46,097 nt of DNA from an uncultured Clostridia bacterium (lineage in GTDB: Bacteria; Aerophobota; Aerophobia; Aerophobales; B3-G15). Location of the stretch: NCBI GenBank assembly GCA_964524965.1, contig CAZGDY010000002.1, positions 1 to 46,097 of the forward strand, in the 5' to 3' direction. Made by a program: the position numbers and the translations under genes. Shown here piece after piece: positions 17,924 through 27,885 of the stretch. The number at the start of each line of letters is the position of its first letter. The stretch's first letter is position 1. The notes below the pieces were generated by a model. The model was not told the origin of the DNA, ran no database searches, and worked only from the letters and a program-made list of their open reading frames with translations.

Positions 17924-19603
17924 TCAAGCTAAACCATCCAACATTTCATTAAGAGCAGCTCCAGCAGGAACCATAGGATACACATTTTCTTCTCGGTCAA
18001 TGCGAAAATCCATTACTACTGGTCCTTTAATACTTAAAGCCTTTTTTATAGCTGGTTCTACCTCTTCCATCTTCTCTATCCTGATACCTTCCACCTCATA
18101 AGCTTTAGCTACTTTTACAAAATCAGGAATTCCAGAAATATCCACTTGAGAATAACGACGATTGTAAAAAAGCTGCTGCCACTGCCTGACCATCCCCAAG
18201 TATCCATTGTTTAAAATAGCTACTTTCACTGGAATTTGATGGCTAAAGACAGTTGCTAATTCTTGAATATTCATTTGAAAACTACCATCCCCTGCTATAT
18301 CAAAAACAATCTCACCAGGTCTGCCAACCTGAGCTCCAATAGCAGCAGGAAACCCATAACCCATAGTTCCTAATCCTCCAGAAGAAATAAAACTACGAGG
18401 CTGAGTATAACAGTAAAATTGGGCCGCCCACATTTGATTTTGTCCCACTTCGGTACAAACTATAGCCTTACCTTTAGTTATTTCATGAATTTTCTCAACC
18501 ACAAATTGAGGTTTTAATTTCCCATTAGTTTCATATCCTAAAGGATATTTTTTTTTCCATTGAGTAATTTTTCGATGCCAGACGTCCCTTTTCTTCTTGC
18601 CTTTAGTGAGAGATGTAAGTTTAGAAAGTATATCTTTGGCATCTCCAACTATCGGAATGTCCGCCTTCACGCTCTTACTTATGGCTGTTGGATCAATATC
18701 AATATGAATAATCTTTGCCTTAGGCGCAAATTCAGAAACTTTACCAGTAATACGATCATCAAACCTGGCTCCTACTGCTATAATAAGGTCTGTCTCGCTA
18801 ATTGCATAATTAGCATAACGAGTACCGTGCATCCCCAACATTCCCAGAGAAAGAGAGTCATTTTCAGGGAAAGTTCCCAATGCCATTAAAGTTGTGGTAA
18901 CCGGAATGTCATTGCATTTAGCAAATTGGTAAAGCTCTTCAGAAGCTCCAGAAGAAACTATACCTCCTCCCGCATAAATAATGGGTCTTTGGGATTCGTT
19001 AATTTCTTTTATTACTAATTTTATCTGCTTAGGGTTTCCTTTGTAGTGAGGTTGGTAACTTTTTATATCAATCTTATCAGGATAAGAACGATTAGTAGTT
19101 GAAACCTGCACGTCTTTGGGAAGATCTATTAATACTGGTCCCGGACGACCACTCCGTGCTATATAAAAAGCTTCTCTTAAAATACCGGGAAGCTCATTTA
19201 CATCTTTAACCAGATAATTGTGCTTAGTAATAGAATAGGTTATACCAGTTATGTTAGCCTCTTGAAAAGCATCATTTCCAATCATAGAGGTGGGAACCTG
19301 TCCCGTGAGAGCAACCAGAGGAATAGAATCCATATCGGCAGTAGCAAGTCCGGTGACAAGATTAGTTGCTCCAGGCCCTGAAGTAGCAATGCATACACCA
19401 ACCCGGCCTGTAGCTCTGGCATATCCATCAGCAGCATGAACGGCTGCCTGCTCATGACGGGTGCTAATATGACGTATCTGAGGAGTATTATACAAAACAT
19501 CATAAATGGGAATGACTGAACCTCCAGGGTACCCAAATACAGTCTCTACTCCCTCTTTAATTAAAACTTCTGCTATTATTTCAGCTCCACACCTCTTCTT
19601 CAC
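17924..19603 (-). CDS. ilvB: acetolactate synthase (acetohydroxyacid synthase) large subunit, biosynthetic type
   Basis: [42 protein letters not shown] and the TPP motif [14 protein letters not shown]. 559 aa. Confidence 0.9.
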   Translation of the reverse strand: MKKRCGAEIIAEVLIKEGVETVFGYPGGSVIPIYDVLYNTPQIRHISTRHEQAAVHAADGYARATGRVGVCIATSGPGATNLVTGLATADMDSIPLVALTGQVPTSMIGNDAFQEANITGITYSITKHNYLVKDVNELPGILREAFYIARSGRPGPVLIDLPKDVQVSTTNRSYPDKIDIKSYQPHYKGNPKQIKLVIKEINESQRPIIYAGGGIVSSGASEELYQFAKCNDIPVTTTLMALGTFPENDSLSLGMLGMHGTRYANYAISETDLIIAVGARFDDRITGKVSEFAPKAKIIHIDIDPTAISKSVKADIPIVGDAKDILSKLTSLTKGKKKRDVWHRKITQWKKKYPLGYETNGKLKPQFVVEKIHEITKGKAIVCTEVGQNQMWAAQFYCYTQPRSFISSGGLGTMGYGFPAAIGAQVGRPGEIVFDIAGDGSFQMNIQELATVFSHQIPVKVAILNNGYLGMVRQWQQLFYNRRYSQVDISGIPDFVKVAKAYEVEGIRIEKMEEVEPAIKKALSIKGPVVMDFRIDREENVYPMVPAGAALNEMLDGLA

Positions 19604-19666
19604 TATTTTCCCTCCTTATCTTAACTCTTAGATAAGTACTCTAAAGATTAGGACTGTTAAATTTAT

Positions 19667-22189
19667 TTATTGCCCACAACAGCGTTTATATTTCTTACCA
19701 CTTCCACAAGGACAAGGATCATTTCGCCCTACTTTAGATTTCAATTTTTCTCTCGATTTTTTCCTTCCCAAGAAAGGTAAATTGCCTTTTCCAGCTCCTG
19801 CTAAAACCGGCTGAGAAGAAATCTTCTCTGCATAAGGCTTTTTAGAAATTTGAACTTTAAATACCAACTCGGCAATTTCCTCTTTTATCTCCTTGATTAA
19901 ACCTTCAAACATATCATAAGCTTCTCTTTTATATTCCACGAGAGGATCTCTTTGTCCGTATCCTCTTAACCCAATTCCTTCCTTAACAGAATCCATAGCG
20001 TAAAGATGATCCTTCCAGCGCGAATCAAGAGTGTGCAAGAAAATCATTCTCTCTAATTGCCGTATTAAATCCTCTCCGATATCTTCTTCTTTTTTTCTGT
20101 AAGCTTCTCTTACTGAATTAAGAATCTTTTCCCTCACAGCATCTCTATTGTAAAGTCCCTTTAAATCTTCAACATATATATCCGCAGAAAAAGTATTTTT
20201 AACTTTCTTAGTCAAATTTAATAAATCCCATTCTTCAGGGCGGATCTTCTCATCAGTGTAAAATAAAACTATAGATTTAACAGCATCGGTTATTACTTCC
20301 TGGATCTCTTCTTTCAAACTTTGATTGCCTAATATTTTAGACCTTTCGCTATAAACTATTTTCCGCTGCTGGTTCATCACATCGTCGTACTCTAAAAGCT
20401 GTTTCCTTATATCAAAGTTTCTCCTTTCCACTTTCTGCTGAGCTCTTTCTAAAGCCTTTGTTATCCAGGGATGTTCTATAGGTTGATCTTGAGGAATTTT
20501 TAACCTTTCCATAATCGCTGCAATTCTTCCTGAACCAAATATGCGCATCAATTCATCTTCAAGACCAACATAAAATTGAGTTGCTCCAGGAGCTCCCTGA
20601 CGTCCAGTTCTTCCCCTCAGCTGATTATCTATGCGGCGAGATTCATGCCTTTCCGTACCAATTACGTATAATCCTCCCAACTCTACTACCCCTTCTCCTA
20701 ACTTAATATCTGTACCTCTGCCTGCCATATTGGTAGCGATAGTTACTGCTCTTTTCTGTCCTGCCTGAGATACTATCTGAGCCTCTTTTTCATGATACTT
20801 AGCATTAAGAACAGTATGAGGGATTCCCTTTTCTTTAAGCATCCGAGAAAGCTTCTCTGATTTTTCTACCGACCTTGTTCCCACTAGAACGGGACGTTCT
20901 TCTTTGCAAAGCTCATCGATTTTTTCTACCACAGCTCTAAATTTAGCCTTTTCAGACTGATAGATTTTATCTTCCAGCTCTTCTCTCATACAAGGCTCAT
21001 TAGTAGGAATAACTACCACTTCCAAGCCATATATTTTCATAAATTCCTCAGCCTCAGTAGCTGCCGTACCGGTCATTCCAGAGAGTTTATCATACATTTT
21101 AAAATAATTTTGAAGAGTGATAGTAGCAAGAGTCTGGTTCTCATTTTTTATCGATACTCTTTCTTTAGCCTCTACCGCTTGATGAAGACCATCACCCCAG
21201 CGTCTACCGGACATTAACCTCCCGGTAAACTCATCTATAATCATTACCTCTCCTTCTTTAACCAGATAATCCCTATCTCTATCGTATAACTCGTGAGCTC
21301 GTATAGCTTGATTTATATGGTGAACCAGGTGCCATTTTGTATCCTGGTAAATGTTATCCACTCCCATGAGATTTTCTATTTTTTTAACACCCTCTTCGGT
21401 TAACGCCACGGTATGGTCTTTCTCATCTATCTCGTAATCCTTACTTTTTCTTAGTCTACGAACGTGTTTATCAACAGTATAGTAAAGTTCGGTGGATTCT
21501 TCAGCCATTCCTGAAATAATGAGAGGAGTACGTGCCTCATCAATGAGAATACTATCAATTTCATCAACTATGGTATAATGAAAACCTCGCTGAACCTGGT
21601 TTTCCAATTGATGCGCCATATTATCTCTTAAATAATCAAAACCAAACTCATTATTGGTTCCGTAAACAATATCGCACTGATAAACCTTCCTGCGTTCCGA
21701 GGGACTCATTCCACTTTGGACTACCCCTGCTGAAAGACCCAAAAATTCATATATTGGTCCCATCCAGTCCCTATCGCGTCGAGCCAGATAGTCATTTACT
21801 GTAACTACATGAACCCCTTTCCCTTCCAGACCATTAAGATAAACTGCTAAAGTTGCTGCTAAGGTTTTACCCTCACCATTCGCCATTTCAGCAATGTTAC
21901 CCCTATGCAGAACCATCCCACCAATTAACTGAGTATCGTGATGGCGAAGACCAATAGTTCTTTTTGCTGTTTCTCTCACCACGGCAAATGCTTCGGAAAG
22001 AATATCGTCAAGAATTTCTCCCTTTTTTACCCTACCACGAAACTCATCAGTCTTTGCTTGAAGAGATTTATCTGATAAACTGGAAATTTTTTTTTCCAGG
22101 GAATTTATCTTATTCACAAGGGGAGTAATTTTTTTTATATTTCTTTCCTGACTGGTCCCAAAAACTTTGACCATCAGTTTACCAATCAT
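19667..22189 (-). CDS. secA: preprotein translocase ATPase SecA
   Basis: Walker A MANGEGKT, DEIDSILIDEARTPLIISG, TNMAGRGTDI and the C-terminal zinc finger CPCGSGKKYKRCCG. Confidence 0.97.
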   Translation of the reverse strand: MIGKLMVKVFGTSQERNIKKITPLVNKINSLEKKISSLSDKSLQAKTDEFRGRVKKGEILDDILSEAFAVVRETAKRTIGLRHHDTQLIGGMVLHRGNIAEMANGEGKTLAATLAVYLNGLEGKGVHVVTVNDYLARRDRDWMGPIYEFLGLSAGVVQSGMSPSERRKVYQCDIVYGTNNEFGFDYLRDNMAHQLENQVQRGFHYTIVDEIDSILIDEARTPLIISGMAEESTELYYTVDKHVRRLRKSKDYEIDEKDHTVALTEEGVKKIENLMGVDNIYQDTKWHLVHHINQAIRAHELYDRDRDYLVKEGEVMIIDEFTGRLMSGRRWGDGLHQAVEAKERVSIKNENQTLATITLQNYFKMYDKLSGMTGTAATEAEEFMKIYGLEVVVIPTNEPCMREELEDKIYQSEKAKFRAVVEKIDELCKEERPVLVGTRSVEKSEKLSRMLKEKGIPHTVLNAKYHEKEAQIVSQAGQKRAVTIATNMAGRGTDIKLGEGVVELGGLYVIGTERHESRRIDNQLRGRTGRQGAPGATQFYVGLEDELMRIFGSGRIAAIMERLKIPQDQPIEHPWITKALERAQQKVERRNFDIRKQLLEYDDVMNQQRKIVYSERSKILGNQSLKEEIQEVITDAVKSIVLFYTDEKIRPEEWDLLNLTKKVKNTFSADIYVEDLKGLYNRDAVREKILNSVREAYRKKEEDIGEDLIRQLERMIFLHTLDSRWKDHLYAMDSVKEGIGLRGYGQRDPLVEYKREAYDMFEGLIKEIKEEIAELVFKVQISKKPYAEKISSQPVLAGAGKGNLPFLGRKKSREKLKSKVGRNDPCPCGSGKKYKRCCGQ

Positions 22190-22258
22190 AATAAAAACTC
22201 CTTTTTCCCATAATCTTGGGCTAATTATACCATCTTTGATTTAAGAAACAAGAGCAAT

Positions 22259-22747
22259 TTAAATTGAGATTCCTTCAAGCTTTAGCAATTTCTTTTTCAA
22301 ATCAATTCCGGCGGAAAAACCACCCAATTCTCCATTTGTTCGGATTACTCGGTGACAAGGGATAATGATAGGGAAAGGATTTACGCTTAAACTACGACCT
22401 ACTGCACGATAAGCCTTAGTTTTAATCTTTTGAGCAAGATACTTGTAACTTTTTACCTGTCCATAGGGTATTTTTCTAACTTCGGCTAAAACTTTCTGGG
22501 TAAAAAGGGAAAGATCAATCTGCAGAGGATAAGGAGGAAAATCTATTTTTGCTCCAAAAAGATAATCGATTAAATTCTTCTTAACATCGTTAAGAAGAGG
22601 AGGTAAGACACTTATTTTATTTTCTCCTTCTGCATACCCTTTTAAATCTTTCTCATTCCTACCTAATACTATTTTCTTTAACTTTTCATTGTCCCCCACT
22701 ACTCCGACACATATTTCTTTAGTTTTTATTAGAACCCAACTCATCAA
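22259..22747 (-). CDS. ogt: methylated-DNA--protein-cysteine methyltransferase
   Basis: Active-site IIIPCHRVI and helix-turn-helix IPYGQVKSYKYLA. The start overlaps the uvrC 3' end by 26-29 nt. Confidence 0.85.
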   Translation of the reverse strand: MMSWVLIKTKEICVGVVGDNEKLKKIVLGRNEKDLKGYAEGENKISVLPPLLNDVKKNLIDYLFGAKIDFPPYPLQIDLSLFTQKVLAEVRKIPYGQVKSYKYLAQKIKTKAYRAVGRSLSVNPFPIIIPCHRVIRTNGELGGFSAGIDLKKKLLKLEGISI

Positions 22748-24530
22748 TTTTTATCTCCCATATTTGTTTTATAACTTGAGCCTTTTTTTCTCCTATTCCG
22801 GGAATATTCATAAGTTCAGTAATGCTTGCTTTCTTAATTTCACTTAAGGATTTAAAATGAGCTAAAAGTAGCTTTTTAGTATACTCTCCTATCCCTGGAA
22901 CTTTTTCCAATTCAGACCTGGTAATTCCTTTTCTTCTCCTTTTAAGGTGATAAGAATGGGCAAAACGATGAGCTTCATCTCTTACATATTGCAAAAGCAT
23001 CATAGCAGATGAGTCTAAAGGTATATTTAAAGGATGAGATTGACCAGGAACAAAAATTTCTTCAAATTCTTTAGCAAGACCAATAATAAAAATATGTTCC
23101 AAATTAAGCCCTTTTAATGTTTGAAAACAGGCGTTTACTTGACCTTTTCCTCCATCAATTAGAATAAGCTGAGGAAATTCTTCTCCCTCATCGCTTAGTC
23201 TTTTATAGCGACGCCTGGTTACCTCCTGTAACATGGCAAAATCATCAATCTTCTGAACAGTTTTAATCTTGAATTTTCGATACTTTGAAGTTTTAGGTTT
23301 ACCTTCTTCGAAAACTACAACAGATCCTGTGGCTTCAAAGCCAGCGATATTGGAAATATCCAACCCTTCTATTCTAACCGGCAGATAGGAAAGCTTCAGG
23401 TATTTTTTTAACTGAGAAAGAGCCTCACTTTTATCAGTATCTCTAGTTTGCTTAAGTAAAAATTTGGCATTTTGTTCTGCTAATTCCAAAAGTCTTATTT
23501 TATCTTTTCTTCTGGGAAAAATTATTTCTACTTTCTTTCCGTTTTTCTGAGAAAACCAGGAAGCTATCTCTTTTTTTTCCTTAATCTTTACTGGAATAAC
23601 TATTTGGCGAGGAATAATTGATGCTTTGGTATAATATTTTTTAATGAATGAAGTTAAAATATCTTCCTGAATATCCTCAAGATTTACATCCAGCGAAAAA
23701 TGATTCCGATCTACAACTTTACCCTCTCTTATTATGAAAACTACAACACAGGCTTGTTTTTCCTCACGGGAAATAGCGATAAGATCAAAGTCCTTGCCCG
23801 AAAAAGAAGTAACAGTTTGTGATTGGCTCATTCGCTCAATGGCATAAATTGTATCTCTCGTCTTTGCCGCTCGTTCAAACTCATTATTCTGCGAGGCTTT
23901 ATACATCTGCTGTTTAAGATCAGAAACTAAAGCCTGGTAGTGTCCTTGAAGAAAAAGTAAAACACCTTTAACCAAATTATCATAATCCTGCTTATTTATC
24001 TCACCCACACAAGGAGCACTGCACTCTCGTATATAAAAATTGAGACAAGGAGAGAGGCGGTTTCTGAATTTATCTTTACATCTTCGTAAAGAAAAAAGAC
24101 GATGAATTAACCTTAAAACCTTTTTAGCAGCTTTTACATCGGTATAAGGACCAAAGTATTGAGACCCATCTTTTTTGGGATTGCGAGTGAGAAAAATACG
24201 CGGAAAAACCTCATTAGTTGATACTTTAAGATAAGGATAAGACTTATCGTCTCTAAATCTAATGTTGTATTTAGGATTATGATATTTTATTAAATTAGAT
24301 TCTAAAAGAAAAGCTTCCGCTTCAGATTCAGTAATAATCCAATCTACATCTTCAATCTTAGAAACTAAAACACCGATACGAGGAGAAAATTCTCCTTTCT
24401 GAAAATAAGATTTAACTCTTTTTTTTAAAGAAACAGCCTTGCCTATGTACAGGAGTCTACCTTTTCCATCTTTAAAAAGGTAGACTCCTGCTTTCTCGGG
24501 CAACAGTTTTAATTTTCCCCGGAGATTCAA
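22719..24530 (-). CDS. uvrC: excinuclease ABC subunit C
   Basis: N-terminal GIY-YIG (GVYLFKD...LYIGKA), a UVR domain, an endonuclease V-like domain and a C-terminal (HhH)2 (LEKVPGIGEYTKKLL...IPGIGEKKA). Confidence 0.95.
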   Translation of the reverse strand: MNLRGKLKLLPEKAGVYLFKDGKGRLLYIGKAVSLKKRVKSYFQKGEFSPRIGVLVSKIEDVDWIITESEAEAFLLESNLIKYHNPKYNIRFRDDKSYPYLKVSTNEVFPRIFLTRNPKKDGSQYFGPYTDVKAAKKVLRLIHRLFSLRRCKDKFRNRLSPCLNFYIRECSAPCVGEINKQDYDNLVKGVLLFLQGHYQALVSDLKQQMYKASQNNEFERAAKTRDTIYAIERMSQSQTVTSFSGKDFDLIAISREEKQACVVVFIIREGKVVDRNHFSLDVNLEDIQEDILTSFIKKYYTKASIIPRQIVIPVKIKEKKEIASWFSQKNGKKVEIIFPRRKDKIRLLELAEQNAKFLLKQTRDTDKSEALSQLKKYLKLSYLPVRIEGLDISNIAGFEATGSVVVFEEGKPKTSKYRKFKIKTVQKIDDFAMLQEVTRRRYKRLSDEGEEFPQLILIDGGKGQVNACFQTLKGLNLEHIFIIGLAKEFEEIFVPGQSHPLNIPLDSSAMMLLQYVRDEAHRFAHSYHLKRRRKGITRSELEKVPGIGEYTKKLLLAHFKSLSEIKKASITELMNIPGIGEKKAQVIKQIWEIKIDELGSNKN

Positions 24531-25015
24531 GATTCATACACCTTTTTATCCAAAAAACTTTTTATCTTCCAAAGCGATTCATCAACTCTTTTAAAATCAA
24601 ACTCTATTATGTCAAACTTAATTTCTTTCTCCAGCTCGAAAATCCAAAGACCCCTGCCTTCTACTAACTTGTCCTGCCTGTAGACCTGGCTAATCGAACA
24701 GCAAGGCGAACGAGCGATACCTACAACTAATAAATCTTTATTCTTGATTACCGGCTGAGTTTTTTCTTTAACTTCGAAGGCAAGACGAGACAAAAATTCA
24801 TTAAATCCAGCTAAACTTTCCCATACATCTTGAGGTTTTTTAGTTCTTTTCCCCATAAAAAAATACTCGGGACAAGGAAGTTGATAAATATAAACAGGAT
24901 ACTTGCTAACAAGTTCCAATAGCTTACTGGTAACACCAAAAATAAAAGAATTTCCTGCTCGTACCAATGGATTTAATAAGCAATGAGATAAAAAAAGAAA
25001 TTTTTCCTTACCCAT
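24527..25015 (-). CDS. hypothetical protein, distantly DUF523/TudS-like (three conserved-position Cys)
   Basis: SHCLLNPLVRA ... LPCPE ... RSPCCS resembles the DUF523 pattern SaCLlG..vRY / CPE / SPSCG. Translationally coupled on both sides, with a 4 nt and an 8 nt overlap. Confidence 0.4.
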   Translation of the reverse strand: MGKEKFLFLSHCLLNPLVRAGNSFIFGVTSKLLELVSKYPVYIYQLPCPEYFFMGKRTKKPQDVWESLAGFNEFLSRLAFEVKEKTQPVIKNKDLLVVGIARSPCCSISQVYRQDKLVEGRGLWIFELEKEIKFDIIEFDFKRVDESLWKIKSFLDKKVYES

Positions 25016-25565
25016 TTTTTATTTCTTTTTTAAAAAGAAAACTCAAACAGGTATCTCCGTACCTTTTCTCCTTTACCAAGGAAATATCCTGACGTTCAAG
25101 ATTTACTTTTTCCAGGGGAGAGTGTTGGATAATTATCTCGCCCTGATAACTAGTTAAATTTTGAAGAATATCTAAAGTTTCATTTTGTAAATTTTTGAAA
25201 TAAGGAGGACTTACAAAGATGAAAGGAAAACTCTCCTTTTTTAAAAGAGAAAAAATAACCTGTAAAACATTTCCCTGATAAACTTTGGCCTTGGATAAAA
25301 CATGGCATTTAAGCAGGTTTTCTCTGATGATCTTTATGCATTGATAATCAATTTCTACAAAACTAACTTCTCTGGCACCTCGGGAAAGAGCTTCTATTCC
25401 CACCGCACCTGAACCAGCGTAAAGGTCTAAAAATTTTTCTTGCTGAATCCTGTCTCCTAAAATATCAAATAAAGATTTCCTTACGCTGGACAAAAGAGGA
25501 CGAGTAGAAAGTCCTTTTTTAGTTTTTATTCTCCTCCCTCTTAAAACACCGGAGGAAATTTTCAT
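25008..25565 (-). CDS. rsmD: 16S rRNA (guanine966-N2)-methyltransferase RsmD-like
   Basis: RPLLSSVRKSLFDIL, the SAM motif DLYAGSGAVGIEALSRGA, and SPPY. Confidence 0.8.
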   Translation of the reverse strand: MKISSGVLRGRRIKTKKGLSTRPLLSSVRKSLFDILGDRIQQEKFLDLYAGSGAVGIEALSRGAREVSFVEIDYQCIKIIRENLLKCHVLSKAKVYQGNVLQVIFSLLKKESFPFIFVSPPYFKNLQNETLDILQNLTSYQGEIIIQHSPLEKVNLERQDISLVKEKRYGDTCLSFLFKKEIKNG

Positions 25566-25620
25566 CCACTATCTTCCTTTTATTATCTCCGTATTTACTT
25601 TACCCCCGCATTTTTACTCT

Positions 25621-27867
25621 TTAAAATACATCTCCCATTCCAAAATAAAAGCGGGCTTCTTTATCCTCTCCTATTCCATAATCCAGACGAATAACACCAA
25701 GAGGAGTGTTCATTTTCATGCCAAAACCATAGCCAACTTTGACCTGTTCGGCGGTTAAAGAATCCTGAATACTACCAACATCTACAAACAAATAGCTTAA
25801 GAAATTTTGGTCAAGAGGAATTCTAATCTCTGTCGTACCCAATAAAACTTGAGAACTTCTAAACTCATAAGCCTTGTAACCCCTTAAAGTCTCCTGCCCT
25901 CCTACATAAAATTCCTCATCAAAAGGTAAGTTATCTCCCCATTCCCCTCTTAATCTCAAGGCTAAAGTCGGTGATGTCAAAAGCTTTCCAAAGCGAAAAT
26001 AAGTTCTCAGTTCTGCATAATATTTGGCAAAATCTACATTTCCTCCCAGAAAACCACCACTTTTGTCTAATGAGCAAAAAACATACCACCCTTTCCAGGG
26101 GTTAAAAGCTTCATCTCTAACTCGCGAATCCCAAAGTAAAGCAGGTTTTACGCTCTGATAGCTTTTAGTACCTACTGTTACACCAGAAGGCAACTCTTTG
26201 TCTTCTATAACACTTATCGTAGCCGTCTCTGTCTTTAAAGTTAAAAAAATGGTAAAATTGCTAAACCAAGGATACCCTACACCAGCTTCCATGCCTAACC
26301 TACTCTTGGTATAACCTTCATCACCATCGTAAAATCTGTAATCTTTATTATATAAATCTAAATTTAATTGAATAGACGTACCCCTAAACCACCTATCAGT
26401 ATAGCTAAGTTGGTACTCACTCCTTTTTTCACCAAATTCCCATTCAATAGACACCTTTTTCCCCTGACCCCATAGATTATCCTTAGCGTATTGTATAAAT
26501 CCTTCAAGTCCTAAATTAGTGCTATAGGTTGTACCAAAAAGCAATTTCCCTGTTCTTTCTCTTTCTTTTACCTTTATACTTAAATCTAATACAGAAGGAT
26601 CGGGAGTTTGGAGAGGTTGCATCTCAACTTTTTCAAAAAACCCTAAATTATATAATCTCCTCCAGCTTTCGATCATCCTGCCCAAATTAAAAATATCACC
26701 CGACTCTAAAAAAAGATTATGCTCAAATACTCTCCATTTGCTAATCTCGTTTCCCTCCAGTTTTATCTCACCCACATAAGTCTGGGTACCCTCACTAATA
26801 AAAAGTCCAACATCAACAGTTTCTTTATCTAAATCAAAATCAATCGTATCGCTAATATTAACATAGAGATACCCTTTTCCTCCATACATATTTTGAATTC
26901 TCTCAATGCTATCTCTAAGCTTATCTGTACTAAAAATTTTCCCCTGTAGGGGCCTAACAAGCTCTTTTATCTTCTCATCCGAGAAAATCTGGTTACCAGT
27001 TAGACTTAACTTTCCCATCTTAAATCTTTTATCCTCATCTACTTCAAGAAAAACTCTAACCCATCTGGTCCTTTGTTTTTCAAAAAATTCAAAATCTGTA
27101 GAATGAGCACTAGCAAAATAAAACCCTTTTTTTTGATATTCTTTGATTATTTTTTTTATATCTTCTTTTAGGACTTCGGGGTCAAAATAACTCCTAAATC
27201 CTGTTTGCATAAAAGAGCGAATTTTAGTATCTCGAAAAAAATGATTTCCCGATAACTCTACATTTATTACCCTTGCTCTTTCCCCCCGGTTAATAGAAAA
27301 AATAGCCACGCAACTTTCTTTCTCCTCAGAAGGAGGCAAGAAAGTAACCTCAGCCTGGGTATACCCTATCCCTCGAAAATGATCAAGGATTTTAGCTTGA
27401 TCCTCCTGAGCTTTTACATAATTCCAGGGTTCTCCTATTTTAAAAGTAGCTAATTCTCTAAGTCTTTTCACTTCACCATCTATCTCTCCCGCAAACTCTA
27501 TCTCGTCCACCACTGGATATTCTTTCACTTGGTATATAAGAATAATCCCCTCTGGCAGAGATTCTTTTAATACCTTCACCCCAGAAAAGTACCCAAGGTT
27601 ATAAATAGCTTGTATGTCCTCTCTAATTGTTTTTTCTAAAAAGAGAGTCTGGGATTTAGTTAAGATTACTTTCTTTATCGCATCTTCTTCTATAATCTGA
27701 TTACCTTGAATTTGTACATCAATTACTAATAAAGTAGCTAAACCCCAGGAAAGAGTAGAAAAAGATAGGAGAATAAAAATAATAGCAAAAGTTAAACCTA
27801 CTACTTTCCTTTTAATGAAGTCCCCCTCCTTTTTTGAGGAGAGGGACAATATCTCTTTATTTTTCAT
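25621..27867 (-). CDS. bamA: outer membrane protein assembly factor BamA (Omp85 family)
   Basis: N-terminal signal/anchor, repeated POTRA-like modules (I..I.I.GN...), and a C-terminal beta-barrel ending in an aromatic residue (..YFGMGDVF). Confidence 0.85.
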   Translation of the reverse strand: MKNKEILSLSSKKEGDFIKRKVVGLTFAIIFILLSFSTLSWGLATLLVIDVQIQGNQIIEEDAIKKVILTKSQTLFLEKTIREDIQAIYNLGYFSGVKVLKESLPEGIILIYQVKEYPVVDEIEFAGEIDGEVKRLRELATFKIGEPWNYVKAQEDQAKILDHFRGIGYTQAEVTFLPPSEEKESCVAIFSINRGERARVINVELSGNHFFRDTKIRSFMQTGFRSYFDPEVLKEDIKKIIKEYQKKGFYFASAHSTDFEFFEKQRTRWVRVFLEVDEDKRFKMGKLSLTGNQIFSDEKIKELVRPLQGKIFSTDKLRDSIERIQNMYGGKGYLYVNISDTIDFDLDKETVDVGLFISEGTQTYVGEIKLEGNEISKWRVFEHNLFLESGDIFNLGRMIESWRRLYNLGFFEKVEMQPLQTPDPSVLDLSIKVKERERTGKLLFGTTYSTNLGLEGFIQYAKDNLWGQGKKVSIEWEFGEKRSEYQLSYTDRWFRGTSIQLNLDLYNKDYRFYDGDEGYTKSRLGMEAGVGYPWFSNFTIFLTLKTETATISVIEDKELPSGVTVGTKSYQSVKPALLWDSRVRDEAFNPWKGWYVFCSLDKSGGFLGGNVDFAKYYAELRTYFRFGKLLTSPTLALRLRGEWGDNLPFDEEFYVGGQETLRGYKAYEFRSSQVLLGTTEIRIPLDQNFLSYLFVDVGSIQDSLTAEQVKVGYGFGMKMNTPLGVIRLDYGIGEDKEARFYFGMGDVF

Positions 27868-27885
27868 AATTAACTAACAAAGTTA

